Origin: Octopus sinensis
Taxonomy: Eukaryota
Length of the DNA: 64,000 nucleotides
Direction: 5' to 3'
Assembly (NCBI RefSeq): GCF_006345805.1
Contig: NC_043003.1
Location: 3,658,001 to 3,722,000, forward strand
Within the stretch, counting starts at the first letter, position 1; every line of letters starts with the position of its first letter. The notes beneath the pieces are model-generated. The model was not told the DNA's origin. It searched no databases and worked only from the letters and a program-made list of their open reading frames with translations. The position numbers were made by a program, and so were the translations under genes. This document shows, one piece after another, positions 28,501-40,500 of the stretch.

Positions 28501-31500
28501 AAATGACTGAACAAGTAAAGAGTAAACTTAGCGATTCGGCAAAAGAGACCGAAGAATAAGTACTAGGCTTACAAAGAATAAGTCCTGGGTCGATTTGCTT
28601 GACTAAAGGCGTGCTCCAGCATGGCCGCAGTCAAATGACTGAAACAAGTAAAGAGTAAACTTAGCGATTCGGCAAAAGAGACCGAAAGAATAAGTACTAG
28701 GCTTACAAGAATAAGTCCTGGGGTCGATTTGCTTGACTAAAGGCGGTGCTCCAGCATGGCCGCAGTCAAATGACTGAAACAAGTAAAGAGTAAACTTAGT
28801 GGTTCGGCAAAAGAGACCGAAGAATAAGTACTAGGCTTACAAAGAATAAGTCCTGGGGTCGATTTGCTTGACTAAAGGCGGTGCTCCAGCATGGCCGCAG
28901 TCAAATGATTGAAACAAGTAAAAGAGTAAACTTAGTGGTTCGGCAAAAGAGACCGAAAGAATATTACTAGGCTTACAAAGAATAAGTCCTGGGGTCGATT
29001 TGCTTGACTAAAGGCGTGCTCCAGCATGGCCACAGTCAAATGACTGAAACAAGTAAAGAGTAAACTTAGTGGTTCGGCAAAAGAGACCGAAAGAATAAGT
29101 ACTAGGCTTACAAGAATAAGTCCTGGGGTTCGATTTGCTTGACTAAGGCGGTGCTCCAGCATGGCCACAGTCAAATGACTGAACAAGTAAAAGAGTAAAC
29201 TTAGCGGTTCGGCAAAAGAGACCGAAAGAATAAGTACTAGGCTTACAAAGAATAAGTCCTGGGGTCGATTTGCTTGACTAAAGGCGGTGCTCCAGCATGG
29301 CCGCAGTCAAATGACTGAAACAAGTAAAAGAGTAAAAAAGAATAAAGGCATAATACAGATGGAAGCAAGTGCAGGCTGGACACAGACACAAAGATGATGA
29401 TGGAATGAAAAAAGAGATGGTAGATGGGGGGAGCAGCCAATGCCTGCCGATCGTTACTTCCTGATAACATTGTTCTTTTTTTAAAAACACAAATCAGGTG
29501 TTGAACCTCTGACAATAATTACAAATTGAGGCGCTGAGCCTCTTACCAATCTCCAAGTCGGAATCCAGGCGCTAAGACCTCTTACCCTGCCTCCCCCGCA
29601 GGCTTCTTACCCCACAACCACTCCTGCATGGAGAATTGCAATGATTTATAAACGAAATGAAAACATGCAACTGTTGAGAGATTAAAAGTTTTTGTTGAAG
29701 GAAACAATGCAGGGTGTGTGTTTGGTGGTTGGTCATGTCAGGATTGCATGTGGTGGAGGCTTGTAGGTATTGTGTCTCGAACAAAAGAACAACTTGGTGG
29801 AAGTAAAGTGAATTCAGAGGAGAAAGAAAGAAGCATTAAATGTCATAAAATTGAATAGAATCTCCTGCTAGGACAGTGAAGAAGAAGAAGAAGAAGAAGA
29901 AGAAGGAGGAGAAGGAGAAGAAGAAGAAGAAGAAGAAGGAGGAAGAAGAAGGAGAAGAAAAAGGAGAAGGAGAAGAAGAAGAAGAAGGAGAAGAAGAAGA
30001 AGAAGAAGGAGGAATAGGACGAGAAGAAGAAGAAGAAGAAGGAGGAATCGGAGGAGAAGAAGAGGGAAAAGAAGAAGGAGAAGGAAAAGAAGAAGAAGGA
30101 GAAGGAGAAGAAGAAGAAGAAGAAGAAGAAGAAGAGAAGAAGAAGGAGAAGAAGAAGAAGGAGAAGAAGAAGAAGGAGAAGAAGAAGAAGAAGAAGAAGA
30201 AGAAGGAGGAATAGGAGGAGAAGAAGAAGAAGAAGGAGAAGAAGAAGGAGAAGGAGAGGAAGAAGAAGGAGAAGGAGAAGAAGAAGAAGAAAAAGGAGAA
30301 GAAGATGAAGGAGGAATAGAAAAAGAAGAAGAAGGAGGAAGAAGAAGAAGGAGAAGAAGGAGAAGAAGAAGAAGAAGAAGAAGAAGAAGAAGAAGAAGAA
30401 GGAGGAATAGGAGGAGAAGAAGAAGAAGAAGAAGAAGGAGAAGAAGAAGGAGAAGGAGAAGGAGAAGAAGAAGAAGGAGAAGAAGAAGAAGAAGAAGAAG
30501 AAGAAGAAGAAGGAGGAATAGGAGGAGAAGAAGAAGAAGAAGGAGAAGAAGAAGGAGAAGGAGAAGGAGAAGAAGAAGAAGAAGAAGGAGAAGAAGAAGG
30601 AGGAATAGGAGGAGGAACAGGAGAAGAAGAAGAAGAAGAAGAAGAAGAAGAAGAAGGAATAGGAGAAGAAGAAGGAGAAGAAGGAAATGAAGAAGGAGAA
30701 GGAGAAGGAGAAGAAGAAGGAGAGGAAGAAGAAGAAGAAGGAGAAGAAGAAGGAGGAATAGGAGAAGAAGAAGAAGAAGAAGAAGAAGAAGAAAAAGAAG
30801 AAGTAGAAGAAGGAGAAGAAGAAGAAGGAGGAGGAGGAGGAGGAATAGGAGGGGAAGAAGAAGAAGAAGAAGGAGGAGAAGAAGAAGAAGAAGGAGAAGA
30901 AGAAGAAGAAGAAGGAGAAGAAGAAGGAGAAGAAGAAGAAGGATAAGAAGAAGAAGGAGGAGAAGAAGAAGAAGAAGAAAGGATAGAAAGAGAAGAAGAA
31001 GGAGAAGAGAAGAGAAGGGAAGAAGAAGAAGGAGTAGGAAAGAAGAATAGTAAAGAAGAGAAGGAGGGAAGAAGAAGAAGGAGAAGAAGAAGAAGAAGGA
31101 GAAGAAGAAGAAGAAGAAGAAGGAGAAGAAGAAGGAGAAGAAGAAGAAGGAGAAGAAGAAGAAGAAAAAGGAGAAGAAGATGAAGGAGGAATAGAAGGAG
31201 AAGAAGAAGAAGGAGGAAGAAGAAGAAGGAGAAGAAGAAGGAGAAAGAAGAAGAAGAAGAAGAAGAAGAAAGGAATAGGAGGAGAAGAAGAAGAAGAAGA
31301 AGGAGGAATAGGAGGAGAAGAAGAAGAAGAAGGAGAAGAAGAAGGAGAAGGAGAAGAAGGAGAAGGAGAAGAAGAAGAAGAAGAAGTAGAAGAAGAAGAA
31401 GAAGGAGGGAAGAAGAAGGAGAAGAAGAAGAAGAAGGAGAAGAAGAAGAAGAAGAAGGAGAACCAGAAGGAGAAGAAGAAGAAGGAGAACAAGAAAAAGA

Positions 31501-34500
31501 AAAAGGAGAAGAAGATGAAGGAGGAATAGAAGAAGAAGAAGAAGAAGGAGGAAGAAGAAGAAGGAGAAGAAGAAGGAGAAGAAGAAGAAGAAGAAGAAGG
31601 AGGAGGAATAGGAGGAGAAGAAGAAGAAGGAGAAGGAAAAGGAGAAGAAGAAGGAGAAGGAGAAGAAGAAGAAGAAGAAGAAGAAGGAGAAGAAGAAGGA
31701 GGAATAGGAGGAGGAGGAGGAGAAGAAGAAGAAGAAGAAGAAGAAGAAGAAGGAATAGGAGAAGAAGAAGGAGAAGAAGGAGATGAAGAAGGAGAAGAAG
31801 AAGGAGAAGAAGAAGAAGGAGAGGAAGAAGAAGAAGAAGAAGGAGAAGAAGAAGGAGGAATAGGAGAAGAAGAAGAAGAAGAAGAAGAAGAAAAAGAAGA
31901 AGTAGAAGAAGGAGAAGAAGAAGAAGAAGGAGGAGGAGGAGGAGGAATAGGAGGGGAAGAAGAAGAAGAAGAAGAAGAGAAGAAGAAGAGGAGGAGAAGA
32001 AGAAGAAGAAGAAGGAGGAAAGGAGGAGAAGAAGAGGAAAAGAGAGGAGAAGAAAGAAGAAGAAGGAGAAGGAGAGAAGAAGAAAGAAGAAGAGAAGAAG
32101 AAGAAAAAAGAGAAGAAGAAGGAGAAAAGAAGAGGAGAAGAAGAAGAGGAGAAGAAGAAGAAGAGAAGAAGAAAAGAAGGAGGAATAGGAGCAGAGAGAA
32201 GAAGAAGAGAAGAAGGAAAAGGAGAAGAAGAGAAGAGAAGGAGAAAGAAGAAGTAAAGAAGAAGAAGAAGGAGGGAAGAAGAAGAAGGAGAAGAAGAAGA
32301 AGAGAAGGAGACGAAGAAGAAGAAGAAGGAAGAAGAAGCAGAAGAGAAGAAGGAGGAATACGAGAAGAAGAAGAAGAGAAGAAGAAAAGAGAAGTAGAAG
32401 AAGGAGAAGAAAAGAAGGAGGAGGAGAGGAGGAATAGAGGGGAAGAAGAAGAAGAAGAAGAAGAAGGAGAAGAGAAGCGAAGGAGGAATAGGAGGAGAAA
32501 GAAGAAGAAGAAGAAGAGAAGAAGAAGGAAAAGAGAAGAAGAAGAAAGAGGAGAAGAAGAGGAGAAGAAGAAGGAGAGAAGAAGAAGAAAAAGGTAAGAA
32601 GAAGAAGGAGGAATAGAAGAAGAAGAAGGAGGAGAAGAAGAAGGAGAAGAAGAAGGAGAAGAAGTAGAAGAAGAAGAAGAACGAAAAAGAAGAAGAAAAA
32701 GAATAGAGAAGAAGAAGAAAGAAGGAGAAGAAGAAGAGAAGAAGAAGAGAAGAAGAAGAAGGAATAGGAGGAGAATGAGAAGAAGAAGAAGAAGAAGAAG
32801 AAGAAGGGGAATGAGTAGGAGAGAAGAAGAAGAGAAGAGAAGAAGAAGGAATAAGAGAAAAAAGGAGAAGAAGGAGAAGAAAAGGAAAGAAGAGGAGAAG
32901 AAGAAGAAGGAAGAGGAGAAGAAGAAGGAAAGAAGGAGAAGAAGAAGGAGAAGAAAAGAGAGAAGAGAAGGAAAGAGAAGAAGAAGAAGAAGAAGTAGAA
33001 GAAGAAAAAGAAGAGAAGAAGGAGAAGAAGAAGAAGAAGAAGAGAGGAGGAATAGGAGGGGAAGAAGAAGAGAGAAGAAGAAGGAAGAGGAAAGAAGAAG
33101 AAGAAGAAGAAGAAGAAGAGGAAGAGGGAAGGAGAAGAAGAAAAAGGAGAAGAAAAAGGAGAAGAAAGAAGAAGAAGAAGAAGAAGGAGGAATAGGAGGA
33201 GAAAAGAGAAGAAGAAGAAGAAGAAGGAGAAGAAGAAGAAGAAGAAGAAGGAGAAGAAGGAGGAATAGGAGGAGAAGAAGAAGAAAAAGAAGAGAAGAAA
33301 GGAGAAGAAGAAGAAGAAAGAAGAAGAAGAAGGAGATAGGAGGAGAGAAGAAGAAGAAGAGAAGGAAAAGAAGAAGAGAAGAAGAGGATAGGAGGAAAAA
33401 GAAGAGAAGGAGAAGAGAAAAGAAGAAGAGAAGAGGGAGGAAAGGAGGAGAGAAGAAGAAGAGAAGAAGAAGGAGAAAAAGACGACGAAGAAGAGAAGAA
33501 GAGGAGAAGAAGGAGGAATAGGAGGAGAAGAAGAAGAAGAAGACAATAGAAGGGCAAGTGTACGTGTGTGCATGTGTGTGGGGTGTGTGGGTGTGTGTGT
33601 GAGTGAGTGTATATGTGTGTGTGTGAGTGAGTGTATATGTATGTGTGTGTGTGTGTGTTCATGTGTATGTGCATGTGAGTGAGTGTATATGTCTGAGTGT
33701 GTGTGTGTGTGTATATGTATGTGTGTATGTGGGTGTGCGTGTGTGTATGTGCATGTGAGTGAGTGTATATGTCTGAGTGTGTGTGTGTGTATATGTATGT
33801 GTGTATGTGGGTGTGCGTGTGTGTGTGTGCATGTGAGTGAGTGTATATGTCTGAGTGTGTGTGTGTGTGCGATTGAATGTGTGACTGAATGTATGTGCGT
33901 GTGAATATGTGTGCATGTAAGTATGTGTGTGCGTGAGTGCGAAGATGTAAATATTTGTGTGAGCGTGTGCGTACATGTGTCAAGAGGATGTATGTGAATA
34001 TGTGCCAAGTGTGTGAGTGTGTGTGTGTATGTGTGTGTGAGCGTGAGTGTGTGAGCGTGTGTGAGTGCGCGAGTATGTGTGTGAGCATGTGTGTCTGTGT
34101 GTGAACATGTGTATGTGTGCGTTTGCGTGTGTGTGAGCATATGTGTGTGTGTGAGCGCGTGTGTGTGTGAACGTGTGCGTATGTGAACGTGTGTGTGTGT
34201 GAACATGTGTGTGTGTGAACATGTGTGTGTCTGAGTGTGTGTGTGTGTGAGCATGTGTGTGAGCATGTGAGTGTGTGTGAGCATGTGAGTGTGTGTGTGT
34301 GTGAGCATGTGAGTGTGTGTGTGAACGTGTGTGTGTGTGAACGTGTGTGAGTGTGTGTGTGGACGTGTATGTGTGTGAACGTGTGCGTGTGTGAACGTGT
34401 GCGTGTGTGAACGTGTACGTGTGTGTGAGTGCATGCGTGTGTGTGTGTGTGTGTGAGCGTGAGGGTGCAACAATACAGTCAAGTGAGTGGTTGCTGTCAG

Positions 34501-37500
34501 AATGAAGAGAGACATTGTGTACTGCAGTCCCTCGCTCTGCAGTCATCGTGTCGCTTGGGAATTAGGTTAAAATCTAGTCCAGCCATTGATTTATTGTGAT
34601 AAACATTTCATTTTCAGAAAGACTGTGCAAGATTTTCAACATGTACTATTCATATCATTGCTATTTCTAAATGGGGGTAGCATAGCCTCCATGTATCTAC
34701 CCTGGAAGAAAAAGAGAATTTCTTTCATCAATGAAGTACATGAGAGAGGGTGAAGGCATAGGGGTAGGTGGTTAGAATATTCGGCTCACAACTCTATAGT
34801 CATGAGTTCAATTCCTGGCAGCATGCCGTGTCCTTGAGCAAGATACTTTATTTCATGCTGCTCTCAGCTAACAATAATGAATTACAATCCAAAGAGGCCA
34901 TCCTTGTCACATTCTGTGTCACGCTGAATCTCTCCATGGATAACATGGAGGGCATGCATGTCTTCGGAGCACTCAGCCACTTTCGCATTAATTTCATGGC
35001 CAGATCAACTGGGACACCCTTTGTAACCCGACAGAGTGCCACTTAAACATAAAAAACGGTTTTCTAAAAAGTGAAAACTACAGAAAAGAATCTCAGAAAC
35101 AAAAGCATTAAAATCACACAAAACTTTTGACAACTTCAAAATAAAGTAATTGTGCTCCAGCATGGCCGCAGTCAAATGACTGAAACAAGTAAAAGAGTAA
35201 AAGAGTAAGAGAGTTATCAAATTCTACTGGTGCAATCATGGCTGTCTGCTTAAGAAGCTTGCATGGCAACCACATCGTTGCCATAGCAACCACATAATTG
35301 CTATGGCACCTTGATGTATATAAATCTTTTTTTACCTTCTTTTTACCCTTTTGATACCAACCTGGCTGAAACTGCCTCTGGCCCTGTTGTACAAATGTCT
35401 TGTTTTCATAAGTTTTGAATTAAAATCTTCCACCAAACCTTAGTCACAATTTATGTTCCTAACACTAGCTAAATGATAACTAAGTTATTTTACTAAATTC
35501 TTTGTTATATTTAAAGTAATTGAAAGAAACACCCGAATGAATCAACCTGAGTATTTGTTATTTTTTGTTGAAAACTGGTACACATTCTATCAATCCCTTT
35601 TGCCAAACTGCTAAGTTATGAACATGTTAAGCCACCAGCAGCAGTTGTCAAACAGAGGTGGTAGTGTTGGAGAGACACAAGTGTGGTGTGGTGTGGTGTG
35701 TGTGTGTGTGTGTGTGTGTGGTGTGGTGTGGTGTGTGTGGTGTTGTGTGTGTCGTGTGGTGTGGTGTGGTGTGTGTGTGTGTGGTGTGTGTGGTGTGGTG
35801 TGGTGTGTGTGTGTGTGTGTGGTGTCGTGTGGTGTGGTGTGTGTGTGTCGTGTGGTGTTGTGTGGTATGTGTGTGTGTATGTGTGTGTGCGTGTATGTGT
35901 GTGTCTATGTGTCTCCCCCCTCCCCACTTGCCACTACTTGACAACCAGTATTGGTGTACTTAGATACCTATAACTCAGCAGTTCGGCAACAGAGATCAAC
36001 AGATTAAGTACCAGTGGCTCAAAAAAAAAAAGAAACAAGTCCTAGGGTTAATTCCTTCAGCTAAAACACTTTAAGGCGTTGCCCCAGCATGGCTGCTGTC
36101 TAATGACCGAAACGAAGAAAGCATAAAAGAGAAACCTCTAATTACAGACGACTCCATGTTGTTTGTTGGGTGTGACACAAGCAACTCGTCACAAGACTTC
36201 ACTTCAGCAACCTTTCACACAGACATCTGTTTACAAACACGACCGAGTTTATTAATAGCTGTGGGCAATACACTAAACAAACACTTTACAAAACCCTAAC
36301 TGTGTACTTAACAAGCATCCAGTCAAACAAATATATATTGACAAATGACTCTGTGTATAATTAATCAACAAATATGCAAAAGTATTATACACTCAGGTTA
36401 AACATCGTTTAGATATTCTTTTCTGCTCTAAGCACAAAGCACGAAATTTTTGGAGAGGGTGGCCAGTCGATTACATCAACCCCAGTATGCAACTGGTGCT
36501 TAATTTATCGACCTTGAAAGGATAAAAGGCAAAGTCGACCTCAGCAGAATTTGAACTCAGAACGTAAAGACAAATGAAATACTGCTAACATTTCTATATT
36601 CTTTTGTACTCTGGGCACAAGACCTGAAATTTTTGGGGAAGGGGCCAGTCGATTAGATTGACTCCAGTACGCAACTGGTACTTAATTTAAGTTAGAAGAA
36701 TTTCCACTAAGCATTTTCCCCAGTGCAGTCATGATTCTACCAGCTTGCTTCTTTGGTGTGAAGAAATATTGATGACAATAAAAGACCTAAACAAATGGAA
36801 TTAAAATATTTAACATTCTTATTCAATCGTTGTCATGGCACTCCGTTGGTTATGACGACAAGGGTTCCAGTTGATCCGATCAAGAGAACAGCCTGCTCAT
36901 GAAATTAATGTGCAAGTGGCTGAGCATTCCACAGACACGGGGAGATTCAGCGTGAAACAGAGTGTGACAAGGCTGGCCCTTTGAAATACAGGTACAACAG
37001 AAACAGGAAGAAAGAGTGAGAGAAAGAGTACAGCAGGGTTCGCCACCACCCCCTGCAAGAGGCTCGTGAAGCTTTAGGTGTTTTCGCTCAATAAACACTC
37101 ACAATGCCTGGTCTGAGAATTGAAACCACAATCCTATGACCACGAGTCTGCTGCCTTGCCCACTGGGCCATTGCGCCTTCACTTTATTCAATATATTCTT
37201 ATTTAATGGTTTATCAATGACTAGCAGTATCGCCCGGCGTTGCTCGGGTTTGTAAGGGAAATAACTACATAAGCATTTTTAGAGATGTAAAGTATAATAG
37301 CCATCTCAATATGGCTAACCACAAAGGGGGGGGTGTTACTGTAGCTTTTTACGTTCTGAGATTTAATAATAAATTTTTAGAGAGTTACTTCCCTTATATA
37401 TGCCAAAAATGCATTAAAAATGGGAAAAATTGATGGTAATTTTTTTTTTAAATCGTAGACTCATCGTAGACGCGCGCCCAGAAGGGCTCGATATGAATCA

Positions 37501-40500
37501 CGACTATAAGATACCCGGTTTTGGTTAAACTGCACCGCAAAATGTGGGAGTAGTTAGGAATCTAAATCGTAGGAGACAGACAGCACACAACCTCTCTTTT
37601 ATATATAAAGATTTCTGCTGATACACATGACCGATTTTGTCTTCCAATCTAGATTTAGCAGCTAGTTTATCTCCTTTTCACCTGACATTTCAAATTAGCC
37701 ATCTTAACTCAATATTTTTACTAATTCATTAGCTAATTATTAAATGTTAATACACTTTCCTCTGGCTCTTCGTTTATGACTTGACATTTGTGAACCAGTT
37801 TCAGATTGTACCAACAAGTTTACATTTACGGTGTTACTAGTTAACTAAGAGTGAATAATGGACATACCAGCTGCCAAAAATAACTTGAGATACTTGGAAG
37901 AACTTCAAAGAAATATCTCTTTCTGTTTATTTTACCTTTCTGCTGAGCTAATCAACTCTTTGGTACCTGTTCTAAGAGTGTTAGGAACCAACTGGTGAGT
38001 CTCTATGCTTGATGTGCTAGATATAGCAGTCACACCATCCCTGAGTCATACCTTACTGTCTTCTAATAAGGATATTGTTAATAATATGGTCTGAGATGAA
38101 GTGTTTAAAATTAAAACAGGATGATCACAACAAAATCAGGGCTGGCTTAGGAATGGAACAATAATAACTTATCAGAAAAGGGTTGCAAATGACCTCTAAA
38201 TGAAACCCTTAGGTGTAACACCTCAAGATATGCTTTTATTATAAATGGAACTAATTAGCAGGTAAAACAATTAGAAGGTCTAAACATAATTAATTACTGT
38301 TTTTTTTAGGTCTTTTGATGTGGAATTAGGGAACACCTGTAAATAAGGGCACATGTGTGTGTGATGTGCATCTCTAAGTTGAGGCACATTTGTGGTAAGA
38401 AACTCTCATGAGAGCTGATCAGCAGAAGGTCTTCAGAGAAGTAGCCCTGCTCGAGCAGGTGTTTTGCCCCTTAATTTCTTACATTCTAAGGGGTCCAGGC
38501 CATGACTCTTGGCTGCACTTCTGTTGATTCATTTTTAGCCACTTGGGTATTGGAGACCAGTGCATTTAAACTGTTTGGAGGTTTCATCCAGTTGGAACTG
38601 TTCCCTGTTGACTCCGTTTCCAAAGAAATAACGTTGGTTGTCATGGTAGCAGTGAAACGTCAACGCTATGACAACAACTCAGAGTTATTTCCTTCAGCAC
38701 CGAAATACAAAAACATTGCCTTCAAAAGGCATCGAGGTTGTTTTGATTCTACCTCAACCAGATCCAACTTTGAAACTTACACTTAAAGATGAAATCACAT
38801 TGGTTGTCATGGTAGGGTACAGATATGTAAAAGCTAGGGTACAGGGGTGTAAACTATGTAGAAGTTGGATGAGTAGTGTGGTATATTTACAGTGTGATGA
38901 TTGGGCAAGTGTGGTTCATGTGATTGTGGTTGAAATGAAAGTAAGTTGTGTAGAATGTGGACAGTGTTTAGTAGGTATTTTATAGAACTATGTACAGTGC
39001 CATGGCCAAGGTTGTTTTTTATGCTCACTTTATCTTCATCCCCAATTCACTCCCTTCTGTTTTCCAAATGGAGTATCCATGTATCTACTCTACAGCAAGA
39101 CACCCATATCTGTCCTTTCTATACCTTAAATCTCTCAAAAGGCACAAAGCTAAACCCATTTGATACTACTTCCTCTTCCCAGCTGAGGGAGTCTTTGCCT
39201 GTCAAGGTGCTTGGTGACCCTGTTGGAACTGGTGACATGTAAAAAACACCCAGTACACTTTGTAAAGTGGTTGGTGTTAGGAAGGGAATCCAGCTGTAGA
39301 AACCATGCCACAGCAGACAACTGGAGCCTGGTATGGCCCCTGGCCTACACAGCCCTAGTCAAGCCATCCCAAGCCATGCCATCATGGAAAACACCTAATC
39401 CACCAAATCTTATGGACACAGTTTTCAAATCCCTACTTCTACACCTTCCATATTGCCAAGCATAATTATTCTACAACACTAGATTCCGATTCTTACCTTG
39501 CCATACACCAATTAACGATTTAAAAGAAACTGTTTTTGGAATGGTTTTTGGCACATCTGACTGCCATTGCTCTTCTGCATTTTATGGCAATCTGCAAGAA
39601 GATTACGATTTGAGAGGAAAAGCAGAGAAGCTCTTGAGACAAGGCCATGTTGAACCCAGGTTCCATCATTTCTATTACTCTAACAAGAGCATCAAGATCA
39701 TTGGTTGAATTCAGTGCATAGCTGAGTGGTTAGGGTATTTGCCTTGTAATTGTGAGGTTGTGAGTTCAATTCCCAGTGGCACATTGTGTTCTTGAGCAAG
39801 ATACTTTATTTCATGTTGCTCCAATCCACTCAGCTGCCAAAAAATGAATGGTACCTGTATTTCAAAGGACCGGCCTTGTCACATTCTGTGTCACACTGAA
39901 TCTCTCTGACAACTACATTAAGGGCACACATGTCTGTGGAATGCTCAGCCATCTTCACATTATTTTCAGGAGCAGCCAATTCCATTGATTGGTACAACTA
40001 GAACCTTTGTTGTCGTAACCGATGGAATGCCAGTTAATTTGCTGCAGCACACCTGTATATACTACACCCTGGATACCATTTTAAATGGCATAAAACACAC
40101 ACAGTTATAAAAGGTGCATCACAACTTCTGCAGCACATATTTAGAGGGAAAAGTTTTTAGGGATAAAAATTAGCTTATAGGAGGCTTGTTTTGGCATACA
40201 GGTCCTGGAGTGATACGTTCCAGACATTTTTCTTGTTAAAAAATATGTGATTTATGAAGAATTCAATAGATTAATCAGTCACTTAAGAAAAAACAGAAAA
40301 AGGAAAAAAAAAGCTTACTTGGAAATCTGTTGGGTCCGTAGACTCGGACCAAAATTGTATATTTCCACAAGGAAGTGGAGAGTCTTTGAAAAGTCCACTG
40401 TCCTGTGTGTCAACAGACACGGCACCTGCTGAGTCAACGGTGCGCTGGACGGGTTCCACTTCAGGATAATATGATCCTTGTTCTTCATCATTAATTCCCC

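Noticed and set aside
25946-29338. CRISPR-like appearance of the regular arrays (also 18103-20320)
   Set aside because: Units are head-to-tail with no unique spacers, derive from SINE/LINE sequence, and lie in a eukaryotic intron with no cas genes.
29836-34515. 1559-, 1406- and 549-aa minus-strand ORFs and K/E/R-rich plus-strand ORFs
   Set aside because: They are translations of (TTC)n and (CA)n repeats that lack stop codons; no protein signal.
36130-36160. ATGGAGTCGTCT|GTAATT as an alternative start exon
   Set aside because: Weak donor and no supporting evidence.
38470-38640. Minus-strand peptide [12 protein letters not shown]...RVMAWTP as the missing phase-1 partner exon
   Set aside because: Poor acceptor, only weak in-frame donors, and a stop before the strong GTAAGA.
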